A stretch of DNA of 32,000 nucleotides from Faecalibaculum rodentium (GCF_001564455.1 NZ_CP011391.1:1440001-1472000), one strand, 5' to 3'. Positions 1-7,710 are shown, counted from the stretch's first letter. The notes: generated from the letters alone by a model not told the origin. Made by a program: numbers and translations.

Positions 1-1
1 G

Positions 2-217
2 AAAGCCGAACTCCAGGCACAGATCGATGCCTTGAACCAGGAGCTCCAGACCTATATACAATATGGGACGTCGCTGAGCGAAGAACTCAATGCAGCCACG
101 GTGGCAGGCCAGGACACATCGGAGATCGAAGCCCAGATCACAGCCAACAATGCCTATGTGCAGGAGCTGTCCGGCCAGATTTCCTCTCTGGAATACCAGC
201 GGGATTCTCTTCAGTAA
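2..217 (+). CDS. 3' end of a coiled-coil protein (5' end outside window)
   Basis: The frame is open from base 2 to the TAA at 215-217. The sequence is Q/E/L-rich and heptad-like (KAELQAQIDALNQELQ...SLEYQRDSLQ). No family recognised. Confidence 0.5.
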   Translation, partial: KAELQAQIDALNQELQTYIQYGTSLSEELNAATVAGQDTSEIEAQITANNAYVQELSGQISSLEYQRDSLQ

Positions 218-220
218 CCC

Positions 221-249
221 TTGATTTCACGCCGCAGGTAGTATATTAT
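221..249 (+). promoter_or_regulatory. sigma-70-type promoter for tRNA-Thr
   Basis: TTGATT (221-226), a 17-nt spacer, then TATTAT (244-249). This sits about 11 nt upstream of the tRNA 5' end. Confidence 0.5.
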
Positions 250-260
250 CTGTGGCAGAT

Positions 261-336
261 GCCGACTTAGCACAGCTGGTAGTGCAACGCACTCGTAACG
301 CGTAGGTCGTAGGTTCAAGTCCTATAGTCGGCACCA
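261..336 (+). tRNA. tRNA-Thr, anticodon CGT
   Basis: Hand-folded cloverleaf. The acceptor stem GCCGACT pairs with AGTCGGC. D stem is GCAC/GTGC. The anticodon loop is CT-CGT-AA. T arm is GTAGG-TTCAAGT-CCTAT. Discriminator is A and CCA is encoded (334-336). Confidence 0.9.
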
Positions 337-352
337 TCCAGAAAGCCAAAGA

Positions 353-381
353 GCCGGAGACAAGTCTCCGGCCCTTTTTTT
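353..381 (+). terminator. rho-independent terminator after tRNA-Thr (possibly bidirectional)
   Basis: An 8-bp GC-rich stem GCCGGAGA/TCTCCGGC with loop CAAG, followed by T7 (375-381). On the minus strand the hairpin is followed by TCTTTGGCTTTC, so it could also stop the convergent GH2-like gene. Confidence 0.8.
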
Positions 382-432
382 GCATTTGCCTGTCCTGACG
401 AATGTCCGCCTCTGGCGGGGGTATACGGTCGG

Positions 433-1398
433 TCAGTGTCCAATGGTGAACTCCTGTCCGCAGAGATTCAGCTCCGCCGCCTCCAGGCTCAGACGGGTCA
501 CATCCCGGGATGGCAGGCCGCCCTCTTCCTGGACCCAGAAACAGAGACTGACGTGTCCCTGGGCAGCAGACAGCTGCCGGTCATGGTCGCCAATGGTGGA
601 AAACACCACAAGACCCAGACGGTCGGCTTCTTCCAGCAGCCGCGCAGCGGGCTGTCCGGATCTGTCCCAGACGGCGTTGTATCCCTGTGCCAGGATATCT
701 TCCAGTGATTCCGGTTCCTCCAGCACCTTTCCCTTCAGCGGATAGGGATGGCCGTTGAGCAGGAAATTTCTGCGGCTGTCCAGGGAGTAGGTGCGCAGTC
801 CGGTGAACAGCCGGATTTCATCCTTGACCATTCCCCGCCGGCGCAGCTGGGCCACAAGTTCCAGCCGGTCCGGCTGTGTAGTTCCTTCCCACAGGACGTT
901 GCGGGTCGTGACCAGGTCCACCGGATCCAGCCGGTCGGCATTGACCTCCACCTGGTCCAGTATTTCTCCCTCCGGATCGCGGAGGATGAGCCGCAGGGTG
1001 TCCCCCGGCAGGATGTCCGCAAGCTGTGCCTGGACTTTGAGGATCCCCGACCCGGGGACCCAGGAACAGCTGCAGCCAAGAGACGGCCGGTCTTCTTCAT
1101 GCACCCTGAAGTGACTGCGGGGTGTTACCAGCAGGCTGATGTCCGGGTGGCCGCTGCCTCCTCTGGTTTCCAGGCAGTTGCGCCCCGGACGCAGATGTTC
1201 TGACAGGGAGATGTGACCGGCTCCTCTGTCCCGGCTGCAGAGGTATTCGCCATTCAGGAAAAACTCTGTCGGTTCGCTGCAGTCACAGGCGATCCACGAC
1301 AGATCCCCGAGATAGACCACAGGACAGGCGAATTCCGTCTGCCACCCCTCCTCTGTCCGCTGCCAGTCGGTATTTTCAAGCTGTGTGCTGTTTCTCAT
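433..1398 (-). CDS. short glycoside hydrolase family 2 (beta-galactosidase/glucuronidase)-like protein, truncated relative to the family
   Basis: 321-aa ORF. The N-terminal part resembles the GH2 sugar-binding jelly roll (FFLNGEYL...GHISLSEHLRPGRNCLE). Next comes a sandwich-domain-like stretch. Then there is a motif resembling the start of the TIM barrel (FTGLRTYSLDSRRNFLLNGHPYPLKGK ... GYNAVWDRSGQP..LLEEADRLGLVVF). The protein ends soon after. Assignment is from motif memory only. Confidence 0.55.
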   Translation of the reverse strand: MRNSTQLENTDWQRTEEGWQTEFACPVVYLGDLSWIACDCSEPTEFFLNGEYLCSRDRGAGHISLSEHLRPGRNCLETRGGSGHPDISLLVTPRSHFRVHEEDRPSLGCSCSWVPGSGILKVQAQLADILPGDTLRLILRDPEGEILDQVEVNADRLDPVDLVTTRNVLWEGTTQPDRLELVAQLRRRGMVKDEIRLFTGLRTYSLDSRRNFLLNGHPYPLKGKVLEEPESLEDILAQGYNAVWDRSGQPAARLLEEADRLGLVVFSTIGDHDRQLSAAQGHVSLCFWVQEEGGLPSRDVTRLSLEAAELNLCGQEFTIGH

Positions 1399-1521
1399 GT
1401 CATCACCCCGGACATTATACCGGGTTTCCGGCAGCGCTGAAACCGCTTCCGCATCGATTCAGGCATTCCGGCGGTTCCGCATGGTCTGGCGGTTTTCCCC
1501 GGTTCAAACGACTGCCCGCAG

Positions 1522-1562
1522 ACAGAAAACCGGACTCTTTCCGCTGACGAAACGAGTCCGGT
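1522..1562 (-). terminator. rho-independent terminator after the MarR gene
   Basis: On the minus strand, ACCGGACTC (1562..1554) pairs with GAGTCCGGT (1537..1529) around a 16-nt loop, followed by TTTTCTG. Confidence 0.65.
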
Positions 1563-1565
1563 CCT

Positions 1566-1943
1566 TCATGACTGCAGCTGGTCCCTGAACTGTTCCCAGG
1601 TCCCGGCATTCTTTTCCAGCATGGACCAGGTGACTTTCTGCCCGAGATCGGACAGCTGCCACCGGACCTTGCGCTGTCTTGCAGCGTCCGCAGGATTCTC
1701 CTGCACATAGCCGCGGCTGTTCAGGCTTTTCATGGTCCGGGAAATCTGGGCCTTGTCCCGCTCCGAGGCGCCTGCCAGTTCGATCACCGACAGTCCATCC
1801 GGGTGATACATCAATGTCTGCAGGCACAGGATTTCTGCGCTCCGCAGTCCCAGATCTCGCAGCTCGGCATTGGCCGACTCTCGGTATTCCTTGACCAGCG
1901 TTTCCATATTCAGGAACAGCCGCTGCATTGCATCTGCTGTCAT
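1566..1943 (-). CDS. MarR family transcriptional regulator
   Basis: Winged-helix MarR-like sequence (LRSAEILCLQTLMYHPDGLSVIELAGASERDKAQISRTMKSLNSRGYV). I prefer the ATG at 1943, which is preceded by AGGAGA plus 7 nt. The ORF track allows an upstream start at 1991. Confidence 0.8.
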   Translation of the reverse strand: MTADAMQRLFLNMETLVKEYRESANAELRDLGLRSAEILCLQTLMYHPDGLSVIELAGASERDKAQISRTMKSLNSRGYVQENPADAARQRKVRWQLSDLGQKVTWSMLEKNAGTWEQFRDQLQS

Positions 1944-1998
1944 ATCATTTTCTCCTGCCTGTCTGCATACAGTGTAGAAAATGTTCAGCATCAGGACA

Positions 1999-2018
1999 AT
2001 TGTTACGCTTTCAACAAT
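1999..2018. promoter_or_regulatory. candidate MarR operator (inverted repeat in its own upstream region)
   Basis: ATTGTT (1999-2004), 8 nt, then AACAAT (2013-2018). It overlaps a weak minus-strand promoter (TTGAAT ... AACAAT). Short and AT-rich, so weak evidence. Confidence 0.25.
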
Positions 2019-2071
2019 ACATTCAATGTGTCCGACTGGAGTTTCGCCTGCAGATGCAGGCGACCCGTTCT

Positions 2072-2642
2072 TTACAGCCCCTGTTTCCGTTTTGCGATGA
2101 TGTCCCGGATGTCAAAGGGCGTATTGTCCTCCGGCACACTGTATACATCCACAAAGGGCACATCCTCCACCGTCCGCAGGGGAAATCCGGACTTGTCCGT
2201 TATCTGGTCCATGGGACAGGTGATCTTCAGCATGTACATCGCCGGCGCCCGGTGCTCTGCCAGCGGCTCCATCGTTCTGTCGTTGCATGTCATGAGCATT
2301 TCATGCGGATGCCCGAATGCCTCAAAGGCCTTGGCCAGTCCAGGATCTCGATGGTGCCCTTCGCTATCACCGACCGGCAGTCGTGCTTGTGGCCTTTGTA
2401 CGGCCGGTCCGGAAAATCCCGGAAGGCATGAAACTGCAGCGTACACGGGCATCCTTTCGCATGAGGTCCGGCTTTCAGCCGCGTCTGGCGATGCACATAG
2501 ACCGTCAGGTTTTTCTCATCCATCTCAAAGCCATGGTTGGGATAACCGTCTTCGCCGTTCAGCGACAGCCCCACGTCCTTGAAGCTGTCCAGCATCGCCG
2601 CAATGAGTTCGGGTTCTTCACTTCCCGCTCAAAATGAATCAT
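2072..2642 (-). pseudogene. hypothetical protein gene disrupted by two frameshifts
   Basis: Three overlapping minus-strand ORF pieces lie in three different frames. Piece 1 starts at the ATG at 2642 (MIHFEREVKNP...) and has a good SD (AAGGAAAGGG). Piece 2 is 2595..2290. Piece 3 is 2452..2072. The pieces read through sensibly as ...EVKNPELIAAMLDSF... and ...GTIEILD-(L)AKAFEAFGHPHE.... Confidence 0.6.
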
Positions 2643-2688
2643 ATGTTCCCTTTCCTTTTTCCCCTGCCTGCAGGGGGCTTCTGTCCCG

Positions 2689-2694
2689 ATTATA
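2689..2694 (-). promoter_or_regulatory. candidate -10 box for the frameshifted gene
   Basis: A perfect TATAAT on the minus strand (GGCCGGTATAATCGGG), about 45 nt upstream of the 2642 start. The -35 is poor. Confidence 0.3.
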
Positions 2695-2752
2695 CCGGCC
2701 CTTCGTTCTGCGGAAAACCGGGATTTCATCCTGTACGGCTGCTGCCCGGGAA

Positions 2753-2779
2753 ATCGAGTAGGTGTCATCTGACCCTCTC
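2753..2779 (-). ncRNA. group II intron domain VI and 3' splice site
   Basis: Minus-strand sequence GAGAGGGTC-AGAT-GAC(A)CCT(A)CTC-GAT. The bulged A at 2759 is the 7th nt from the 3' end, the canonical branch-point geometry. The intron ends in AT. Confidence 0.65.
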
Positions 2780-4127
2780 ACACCACCCAGCGTGCCGTTC
2801 GGCACTGGGCGGTTCGTACAAATGTTTTCATGAACCTTACTGCCACCGTATCGAAGTATTCCTCCATGGATAGAAGGCCTTTCTTTTTCAGGTGTATATT
2901 TCTGATATACTTGTTCAGGAATGTGATTGCACAACGGACATATCCCTGTCGTGCACACGCATATGAGTGAGCCTTGTCTCTGGGACATCCCAGTTTGATG
3001 AGGCTCTCTTCTTTTTTCCTGATGCTTTTCCACTGCTTCCAGATGATGGCCCTGATTCTTCTCCGGAGCTTGCTGTCCAGTTTGCGCACCGTTTCTTTAT
3101 ACAGCCATGCACACCTGAAATAATTGCTCCATCCCCTGATGACCTGATTGATTTTTTCAATCCTCTCCTCAAGAGATACGCTCCAGTTCCGTTTTGTCAG
3201 CTTCATTATCTTCTGCTCGAACTCATGAATGGACTTCTCATGCGGTATCGCCTTCCATTCCCTTTTGTTCCTTTTGAAGCCAAACCCCAGATATTTCACT
3301 TCATCCGGTCTGGCCACTTTCGATTTTGAAGCATTCACTTCCAGCTTCAGCTTCTTTTCAAGATAGTTGCTGAATGACTTCATCACCCTGTTGGCGGCGG
3401 CTTCCGATTTCACATAGATGAGCATATCGTCTGCGTATCTCGTGAATCTCAGCCCTCTGCTTTCCAGTTCCTTGTCGGCCTGGTCCAGATAGATGTTGGC
3501 CAGTACCGGCGAAAGCGGCCCTCCCTGCGGGATGCCTCTTTCTGTCCTGACAAGCCTTCCGTCTATCATGACTCCAGCTCTGACGAACTTCCTTGTCAGC
3601 GACGTGACGTCCCTGTTATGGAACAGGTTGTCTATCAGGCGGATCAGTCTGTCCTGGTCTACCGTATCGAAGAATTTCCTCAGGTCGATGTCGACGATCC
3701 AGTCATACCCGTCGTTCATGAACTCGAGGCCTTTCAGTATCGCCTGTTCACATCTCCTGTTCTTCCTGAACCCGTATGAGCTGTTGCTCATCTCGAAGTC
3801 CTTCCTGTAATCCAGATAGCTTGCCAGACAGGCCTGCACGACTCTGTCTCTGGCTGCCGGGACATTCAGTCCCCGCATGCTCCCATCCGGTTTCGGGATA
3901 TCGGTCCTTTTGGCTGGCAGTGGTTTATAGCTGCGGTCCAGTATCTGTTCCCGCAACTGTTCCCAGTACTCTCCGGGGCACACAGGGAGTTCTCTGGCTT
4001 TGACCCCATCTACTCCCGCCGCTCCGTTGTTTCGTCGTACCTGTCTGCACGCATTGGTCAGGTTCTCCATGGAGAAGATTTCCTGAGTGCTCAGGTCTTC
4101 CGGCTGTATCAGTCTGGTCTGGTTCAT
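2778..4127 (-). CDS. ltrA: group II intron reverse transcriptase/maturase (no endonuclease domain)
   Basis: 449 aa. RT blocks are present (GVDG, IPKPDGSMRGLNVPAARDRVVQ, DIDLRKFFD, RGIPQGGPLSPVLANIYL, TRYADDMLIY) and so is the maturase X motif (RGWSNYF). SD AAAGGAG lies 5 nt upstream. There is no HNH/En tail. Confidence 0.95.
   Translation of the reverse strand: MNQTRLIQPEDLSTQEIFSMENLTNACRQVRRNNGAAGVDGVKARELPVCPGEYWEQLREQILDRSYKPLPAKRTDIPKPDGSMRGLNVPAARDRVVQACLASYLDYRKDFEMSNSSYGFRKNRRCEQAILKGLEFMNDGYDWIVDIDLRKFFDTVDQDRLIRLIDNLFHNRDVTSLTRKFVRAGVMIDGRLVRTERGIPQGGPLSPVLANIYLDQADKELESRGLRFTRYADDMLIYVKSEAAANRVMKSFSNYLEKKLKLEVNASKSKVARPDEVKYLGFGFKRNKREWKAIPHEKSIHEFEQKIMKLTKRNWSVSLEERIEKINQVIRGWSNYFRCAWLYKETVRKLDSKLRRRIRAIIWKQWKSIRKKEESLIKLGCPRDKAHSYACARQGYVRCAITFLNKYIRNIHLKKKGLLSMEEYFDTVAVRFMKTFVRTAQCRTARWVV
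2782..2813 (-). ncRNA. group II intron domain V
   Basis: Minus-strand sequence ACCGCCCAG-TGCC-GAAC-GGCA-CG-CTGGGTGGT. It forms a 9-bp lower helix that includes a CGC triad, with the triad G in a G.U pair. The 3' strand has a 2-nt bulge (CG). Above that is a 4-bp upper helix and a tetraloop. Confidence 0.75.
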
Positions 4128-4664
4128 GGCTGCTCCTTTCTTTCACGTGTTCCTGCACTGCCCTTCCTTACTCATCTTCAGGGGCTCTCTGGGTTTGTCC
4201 TTTGTCGGTTTGTTGTGCAGGACGCATTCCTGATATTTGCAGTAAATTGTACGTTCGGCCCTTCACTCCATCCCCATTACAGGGACTTCTTCGCTACTAT
4301 GGCCTCGGCTGACTTCCTGCCATTCGTTGTTACTGCGGGAAGGGGGTCATCATGGTTTGATGATTCCTCTCGCTGGCAGGACCTCCCCGGGTAAGGTCAT
4401 ACATCTTTCATTCCATATACCTGCCGCATTTACCCCAGACAGTCATCCGCAACTATTACGACTTTGCGCTGTTTCGCACTCTCGTCTCCGTCTGTGGCCT
4501 TATATGCGGTTCGTGTTCCTCAGGCCGGAACTTTGCCGCCGGGCTTCTTTCAGAACTCCTGTTACCAGTGAGCCCCTTGCCTTGAGCTAATGGTTAGCGG
4601 TTGCGATGATACGCTCCCATAGTGGACTTTCACCACCTGGATGTATGCCATGCCGGGCACACGG

Positions 4665-4691
4665 AAAAAAGCAGTGCTAGATCAGCACTGC
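4665..4691 (-). terminator. rho-independent terminator of the ABC importer operon, which is also the intron target structure
   Basis: On the minus strand, GCAGTGCT (4691..4684) pairs with AGCACTGC (4678..4671) around loop GATCT, then TTTTTT (4670..4665). The stop codon TAG lies within the stem-loop. Confidence 0.85.
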
Positions 4692-5471
4692 TCTGTCATC
4701 CGAGAACTCCTCGTTGGCGGCCTCCCTGAACTTCTGGTGCAGGGCCTCCACCGTGAGCTTCTGTTTTTCCTCATCCCGGACATCCAGGATGATTTTTCCG
4801 TCATACATCATGATCAGCCGGTTGCCGATGCGGATCGCATCGTTCATGTTGTGCGTGATCATGAGCGTGGTCAGGTGCTCCTCCTGGACGATTTCCTCCG
4901 TCAACTCCAGCACCTTGCGGGCCGTCAGCGGATCCAGCGCGGCAGTGTGCTCGTCCAGCAGCAGCAGTTCCGGCCGCTGCAGGCTCGCCATCAGCAGCGT
5001 CAGTGCCTGTCTCTGTCCGCCCGAGAGCAGCCCCACCTTGGCAGTGAGCCGGTCCTCCAGGCCGAGCCCGAGCCTGGCCAGCTGGGACTTGAAGTCTTCC
5101 TTTTCCTGCGCCGTCACATTCCAGCGCAGCCCCCTGGGCTTTCCCCGCCGGTTGGCCATGGCCATGTTTTCGTAAATCGCCATGTCCCCGGCTGTGCCCA
5201 TGAGCGGGTCCTGGAACACACGGCCGATGAAGCGGGCCCGTTTGTATTCCGGGTCCGTGGAAATCTCCTTGTCGTTGAGGACAATGTGGCCGCAGTCAAT
5301 GGGGTACACCCCGGCGATCATGTTCAAAAGCGTGCTCTTGCCCGCACCGTTTCCGCCCACGACCGTCACGAAGTCGCCGTCCTCCAGCCGCAGACTGATG
5401 TCATCCAGCGCCTTCTTTTCGTTGACCGTGCCGGGATTGAATGTCTTGGAGACGTGTTTCACTTCAAGCAT
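4677..5471 (-). CDS. ABC transporter ATP-binding protein (COG1101-type, partner of a BMP/COG2984 binding protein)
   Basis: Walker A GGNGAGKST, signature LSGGQRQ and Walker B LLLLDEHTAALD are present. SD GGAGGA lies upstream. The gene overlaps the permease stop by 8 nt. Confidence 0.9.
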   Translation of the reverse strand: MLEVKHVSKTFNPGTVNEKKALDDISLRLEDGDFVTVVGGNGAGKSTLLNMIAGVYPIDCGHIVLNDKEISTDPEYKRARFIGRVFQDPLMGTAGDMAIYENMAMANRRGKPRGLRWNVTAQEKEDFKSQLARLGLGLEDRLTAKVGLLSGGQRQALTLLMASLQRPELLLLDEHTAALDPLTARKVLELTEEIVQEEHLTTLMITHNMNDAIRIGNRLIMMYDGKIILDVRDEEKQKLTVEALHQKFREAANEEFSDDRAVLI

Positions 5472-6429
5472 TGAACGGTTCCTCCACTGAATCCGCGGCA
5501 GCCGTCAGCCGTCTGTATGTCGCGCTCTGCCGGCGTTTGTCCAGAATGACCGGAATGGTCAGGGCCACGCCCACCAGGATCGCCGTGAACAGCTTCAGGT
5601 TGTCGGCGTTCAGGCCCAGCTGCAGCACCACTGCCACGATGATGCGGTAGATGATCGATCCCACGATGATGGAAATCAGCCGGCGCAGGAATCCGCCCTT
5701 GCGGCCGAAGATCACCTCGCCGATGACGATGGACGCCAGGGCAATGACGATCGCGCCGATGCCCATCTTCACATCCGCGTACCCCTGCTGCTGGGCAACC
5801 AGGGCACCGGACAGTGCGATGAAGGCATTGGACAGGATCAGCGCCAGGATGTTGGTCCGATTGGTGGAGACGCCGTTGGCCCGCACCATGTTGGCGTTGT
5901 TGCCCGTGGCCCGGATCGTGGCCCCGGTCTCGGTCCCGAAGAACCAGTATGCAAAGCCGATCACCGCCACGGCAAACAGGATCCCGATCAGCAGGCATAC
6001 CAGGTTGTTGGTGGTCAGCCAGCGGGAGATGGAACGCGGCAGGTCAATGGCGTCTGCCAGGCGGCTGAACATCGTGTCGACCTTCAGCAGCGGCAGGTTG
6101 GATTTGTCCATGATCATCAGGTTGATGGAATACAGCCCGATCTGTGTCAGGATCCCCGCCAGGATCGGCGGGATTTTGCACATGGTATGCAGCAGTCCCG
6201 TGCAGGCACCGCACAGGCACCCGGCCACGATGGCGGCCGGCAGCGTGATCCAGGGATCCACGCCGTTCATGATGAGAACCGCCGAGACAGCGCCACCGGT
6301 GGCAAAGCTGCCGTCCACAGTCAGATCCGCAAAATCCAGGATCCGGAAGGTGATGTATACACCCAGGGCCATGATGCCCCAGAGAATGCCCTGTCCAATG
6401 GCACCTTCGATGGAAAGAAGAACGCCCAT
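5464..6429 (-). CDS. ABC transporter permease (COG4120-type)
   Basis: 321-aa polytopic membrane protein sitting directly between the binding-protein and ATPase genes. SD GAGGAG lies upstream. Confidence 0.85.
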   Translation of the reverse strand: MGVLLSIEGAIGQGILWGIMALGVYITFRILDFADLTVDGSFATGGAVSAVLIMNGVDPWITLPAAIVAGCLCGACTGLLHTMCKIPPILAGILTQIGLYSINLMIMDKSNLPLLKVDTMFSRLADAIDLPRSISRWLTTNNLVCLLIGILFAVAVIGFAYWFFGTETGATIRATGNNANMVRANGVSTNRTNILALILSNAFIALSGALVAQQQGYADVKMGIGAIVIALASIVIGEVIFGRKGGFLRRLISIIVGSIIYRIIVAVVLQLGLNADNLKLFTAILVGVALTIPVILDKRRQSATYRRLTAAADSVEEPFNA

Positions 6430-6430
6430 T

Positions 6431-7435
6431 TTACTCCTCTTCTGTAATGAACTCGGCCTTGTCCTTCAGGGAAGCCGGCAGCTCGATGCCAAGACGGTCC
6501 AGTGTGGACTGGTTGACGATCAGCGTGCACTTGTCATCCGGGTAGTAGGCAATGGCCATGTCCGCGGGGTCACTGCCGTTTTCCAGAATGTCGATGGCCT
6601 GGTTTGCGGCGAGAACGCCCAGTTCGTAGTAGTCGATGCCGTTTGTCATGAGACCGCCGGAGGTCACCATGCCTTCCTCGCCCACGATGGTCGGGATCTT
6701 GTGTTCCGTGGCGACTTTGCTCAGTGTGCTCATGCCTTCGGCCAGCAGGTTGTCGGTGGGGACATAGATCGCGTCCACCTTCCCGATGAGGGATTCGGTC
6801 ACCTGCTGAATCTGGTTGGAATCGGTGACTGTCGCCACCTGGTACTCGAGACCTTCCTTCTCACATGCCTTTTCAGCCAGTTCCGCCTGGATCCGGCTGT
6901 TGTCTTCCGCATTGCAGTACATGATGGCGATCTTCTTCGCATCCGGCAGAGCTTCCTTCAGCAGCCCGATCTGGCTTTCCACCGGTGTCAGATCGCTGGC
7001 GCCGGTCACATTGCCGCCGGGCTTGTCGTTGCTTTCAGCCAGGCCGGATGCAGCGGGATCGGTCACGGCGCTTACCACAATGGGGATGTCCGATGTCTCA
7101 TTGGCCGCTGCCTGGGCTGCCGGTGTCGCGATCGCATAGATCAGGTCGTCACCGTCGTTGACGAAAGTCTGCGCGATGGTCGTGCAGTTGGACTGGTCGC
7201 CCTGCGCGTTCTTGTAGTCAAAGCTGTCCTCGGAATAACCGGCCTCTTTCATGGTGTCGACAAATCCTTCATAGGAGGCATCCAGTGCCGGGTGTTCCGC
7301 AAACTGGACGATGCCGATCTTCGCGGTCTTTTCGCCGCCCTTTGCGTCTGTCTGGCCGTCGGCGGAGCCGCCGGCACAGCCTGTCAGCACCATGGCTGCA
7401 CTCAGGATGGCAGTGCATGTGATCTGTTTTTTCAT
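6431..7435 (-). CDS. ABC transporter substrate-binding lipoprotein (COG2984 / BMP-like family)
   Basis: Lipoprotein signal MKKQITCTAILSAAMVLTGC. The periplasmic-binding-like body contains GIVQFAEHPALD. It is the first gene of a three-gene operon. In KEGG this family is annotated as a putative tryptophan/tyrosine transporter, but the substrate is not determinable here. Confidence 0.85.
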   Translation of the reverse strand: MKKQITCTAILSAAMVLTGCAGGSADGQTDAKGGEKTAKIGIVQFAEHPALDASYEGFVDTMKEAGYSEDSFDYKNAQGDQSNCTTIAQTFVNDGDDLIYAIATPAAQAAANETSDIPIVVSAVTDPAASGLAESNDKPGGNVTGASDLTPVESQIGLLKEALPDAKKIAIMYCNAEDNSRIQAELAEKACEKEGLEYQVATVTDSNQIQQVTESLIGKVDAIYVPTDNLLAEGMSTLSKVATEHKIPTIVGEEGMVTSGGLMTNGIDYYELGVLAANQAIDILENGSDPADMAIAYYPDDKCTLIVNQSTLDRLGIELPASLKDKAEFITEEE

Positions 7436-7549
7436 GAAGTTTCTCTCCCTTTCATAATTTTCAATGGTTACATTCTACTCTCGAATGCAATGTTTGTATA
7501 GAAATCTCCCGGACTTTTCCAAAACCGCCGGTTCATGAACTGTCATCCT

Positions 7550-7555
7550 ATTATA
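7550..7555 (-). promoter_or_regulatory. candidate -10 box for the ABC importer operon
   Basis: Minus-strand TATAAT about 115 nt upstream of the 7435 start. No good -35. Confidence 0.25.
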
Positions 7556-7576
7556 TGTAAGCAGATGCAAATGCCT

Positions 7577-7604
7577 TTGACATTTTCAGTATTGCCGGTA
7601 AAAT
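7577..7604 (+). promoter_or_regulatory. opp operon promoter P1
   Basis: TTGACA (7577-7582), a 16-nt spacer, then TAAAAT (7599-7604). Confidence 0.5.
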
Positions 7605-7631
7605 CACTGAATGAAAATTTCAGGAAAGGAT

Positions 7632-7659
7632 TTGAAATGATTTTCAATGTGTCTATAAT
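7632..7659 (+). promoter_or_regulatory. opp operon promoter P2
   Basis: TTGAAA (7632-7637), a 16-nt spacer, then TATAAT (7654-7659). Confidence 0.55.
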
Positions 7660-7710
7660 GTTGACATACGTGTTCAACTCGTGGGCACGAAAGAGGAGGA
7701 AATACGAGAT

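Larger units (their letters stand above)
2753..4662 (-). mobile_element. class C (IIC) bacterial group II intron, full length (1,910 nt)
   Basis: The minus-strand 5' end is GTGTGCCCGG at 4662, 8 nt after a terminator hairpin plus T6. It carries an internal RT/maturase ORF, domain V at 2813..2782 and domain VI with a bulged A at 2759. The 3' end is ...CTACTCGAT at 2753. Confidence 0.85.

Noticed and set aside
2711-2745. The AGCCGTAC...GAAA...CGGTT motif, which at first looked like group II intron domain V.
   Set aside because: It pairs poorly, giving only 5 + 3 bp and lacking the 2-nt bulge. A far better DV/DVI pair lies at 2813..2753. This stretch is 3' exon (native intergenic) sequence.
4327-4590. 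87-aa plus-strand ORF inside the intron.
   Set aside because: It lies antisense to ribozyme domains I-III of the group II intron. It has no RBS and its sequence is not protein-like.
7436-7576. Possible T-box or riboswitch in the leader of the COG2984-type ABC importer.
   Set aside because: The leader is only about 110 nt. It has no T-box core (AGGGTGGNACCGCG-like) and no terminator/antiterminator pair. It contains only a 5-bp hairpin, CATTC...GAATG.
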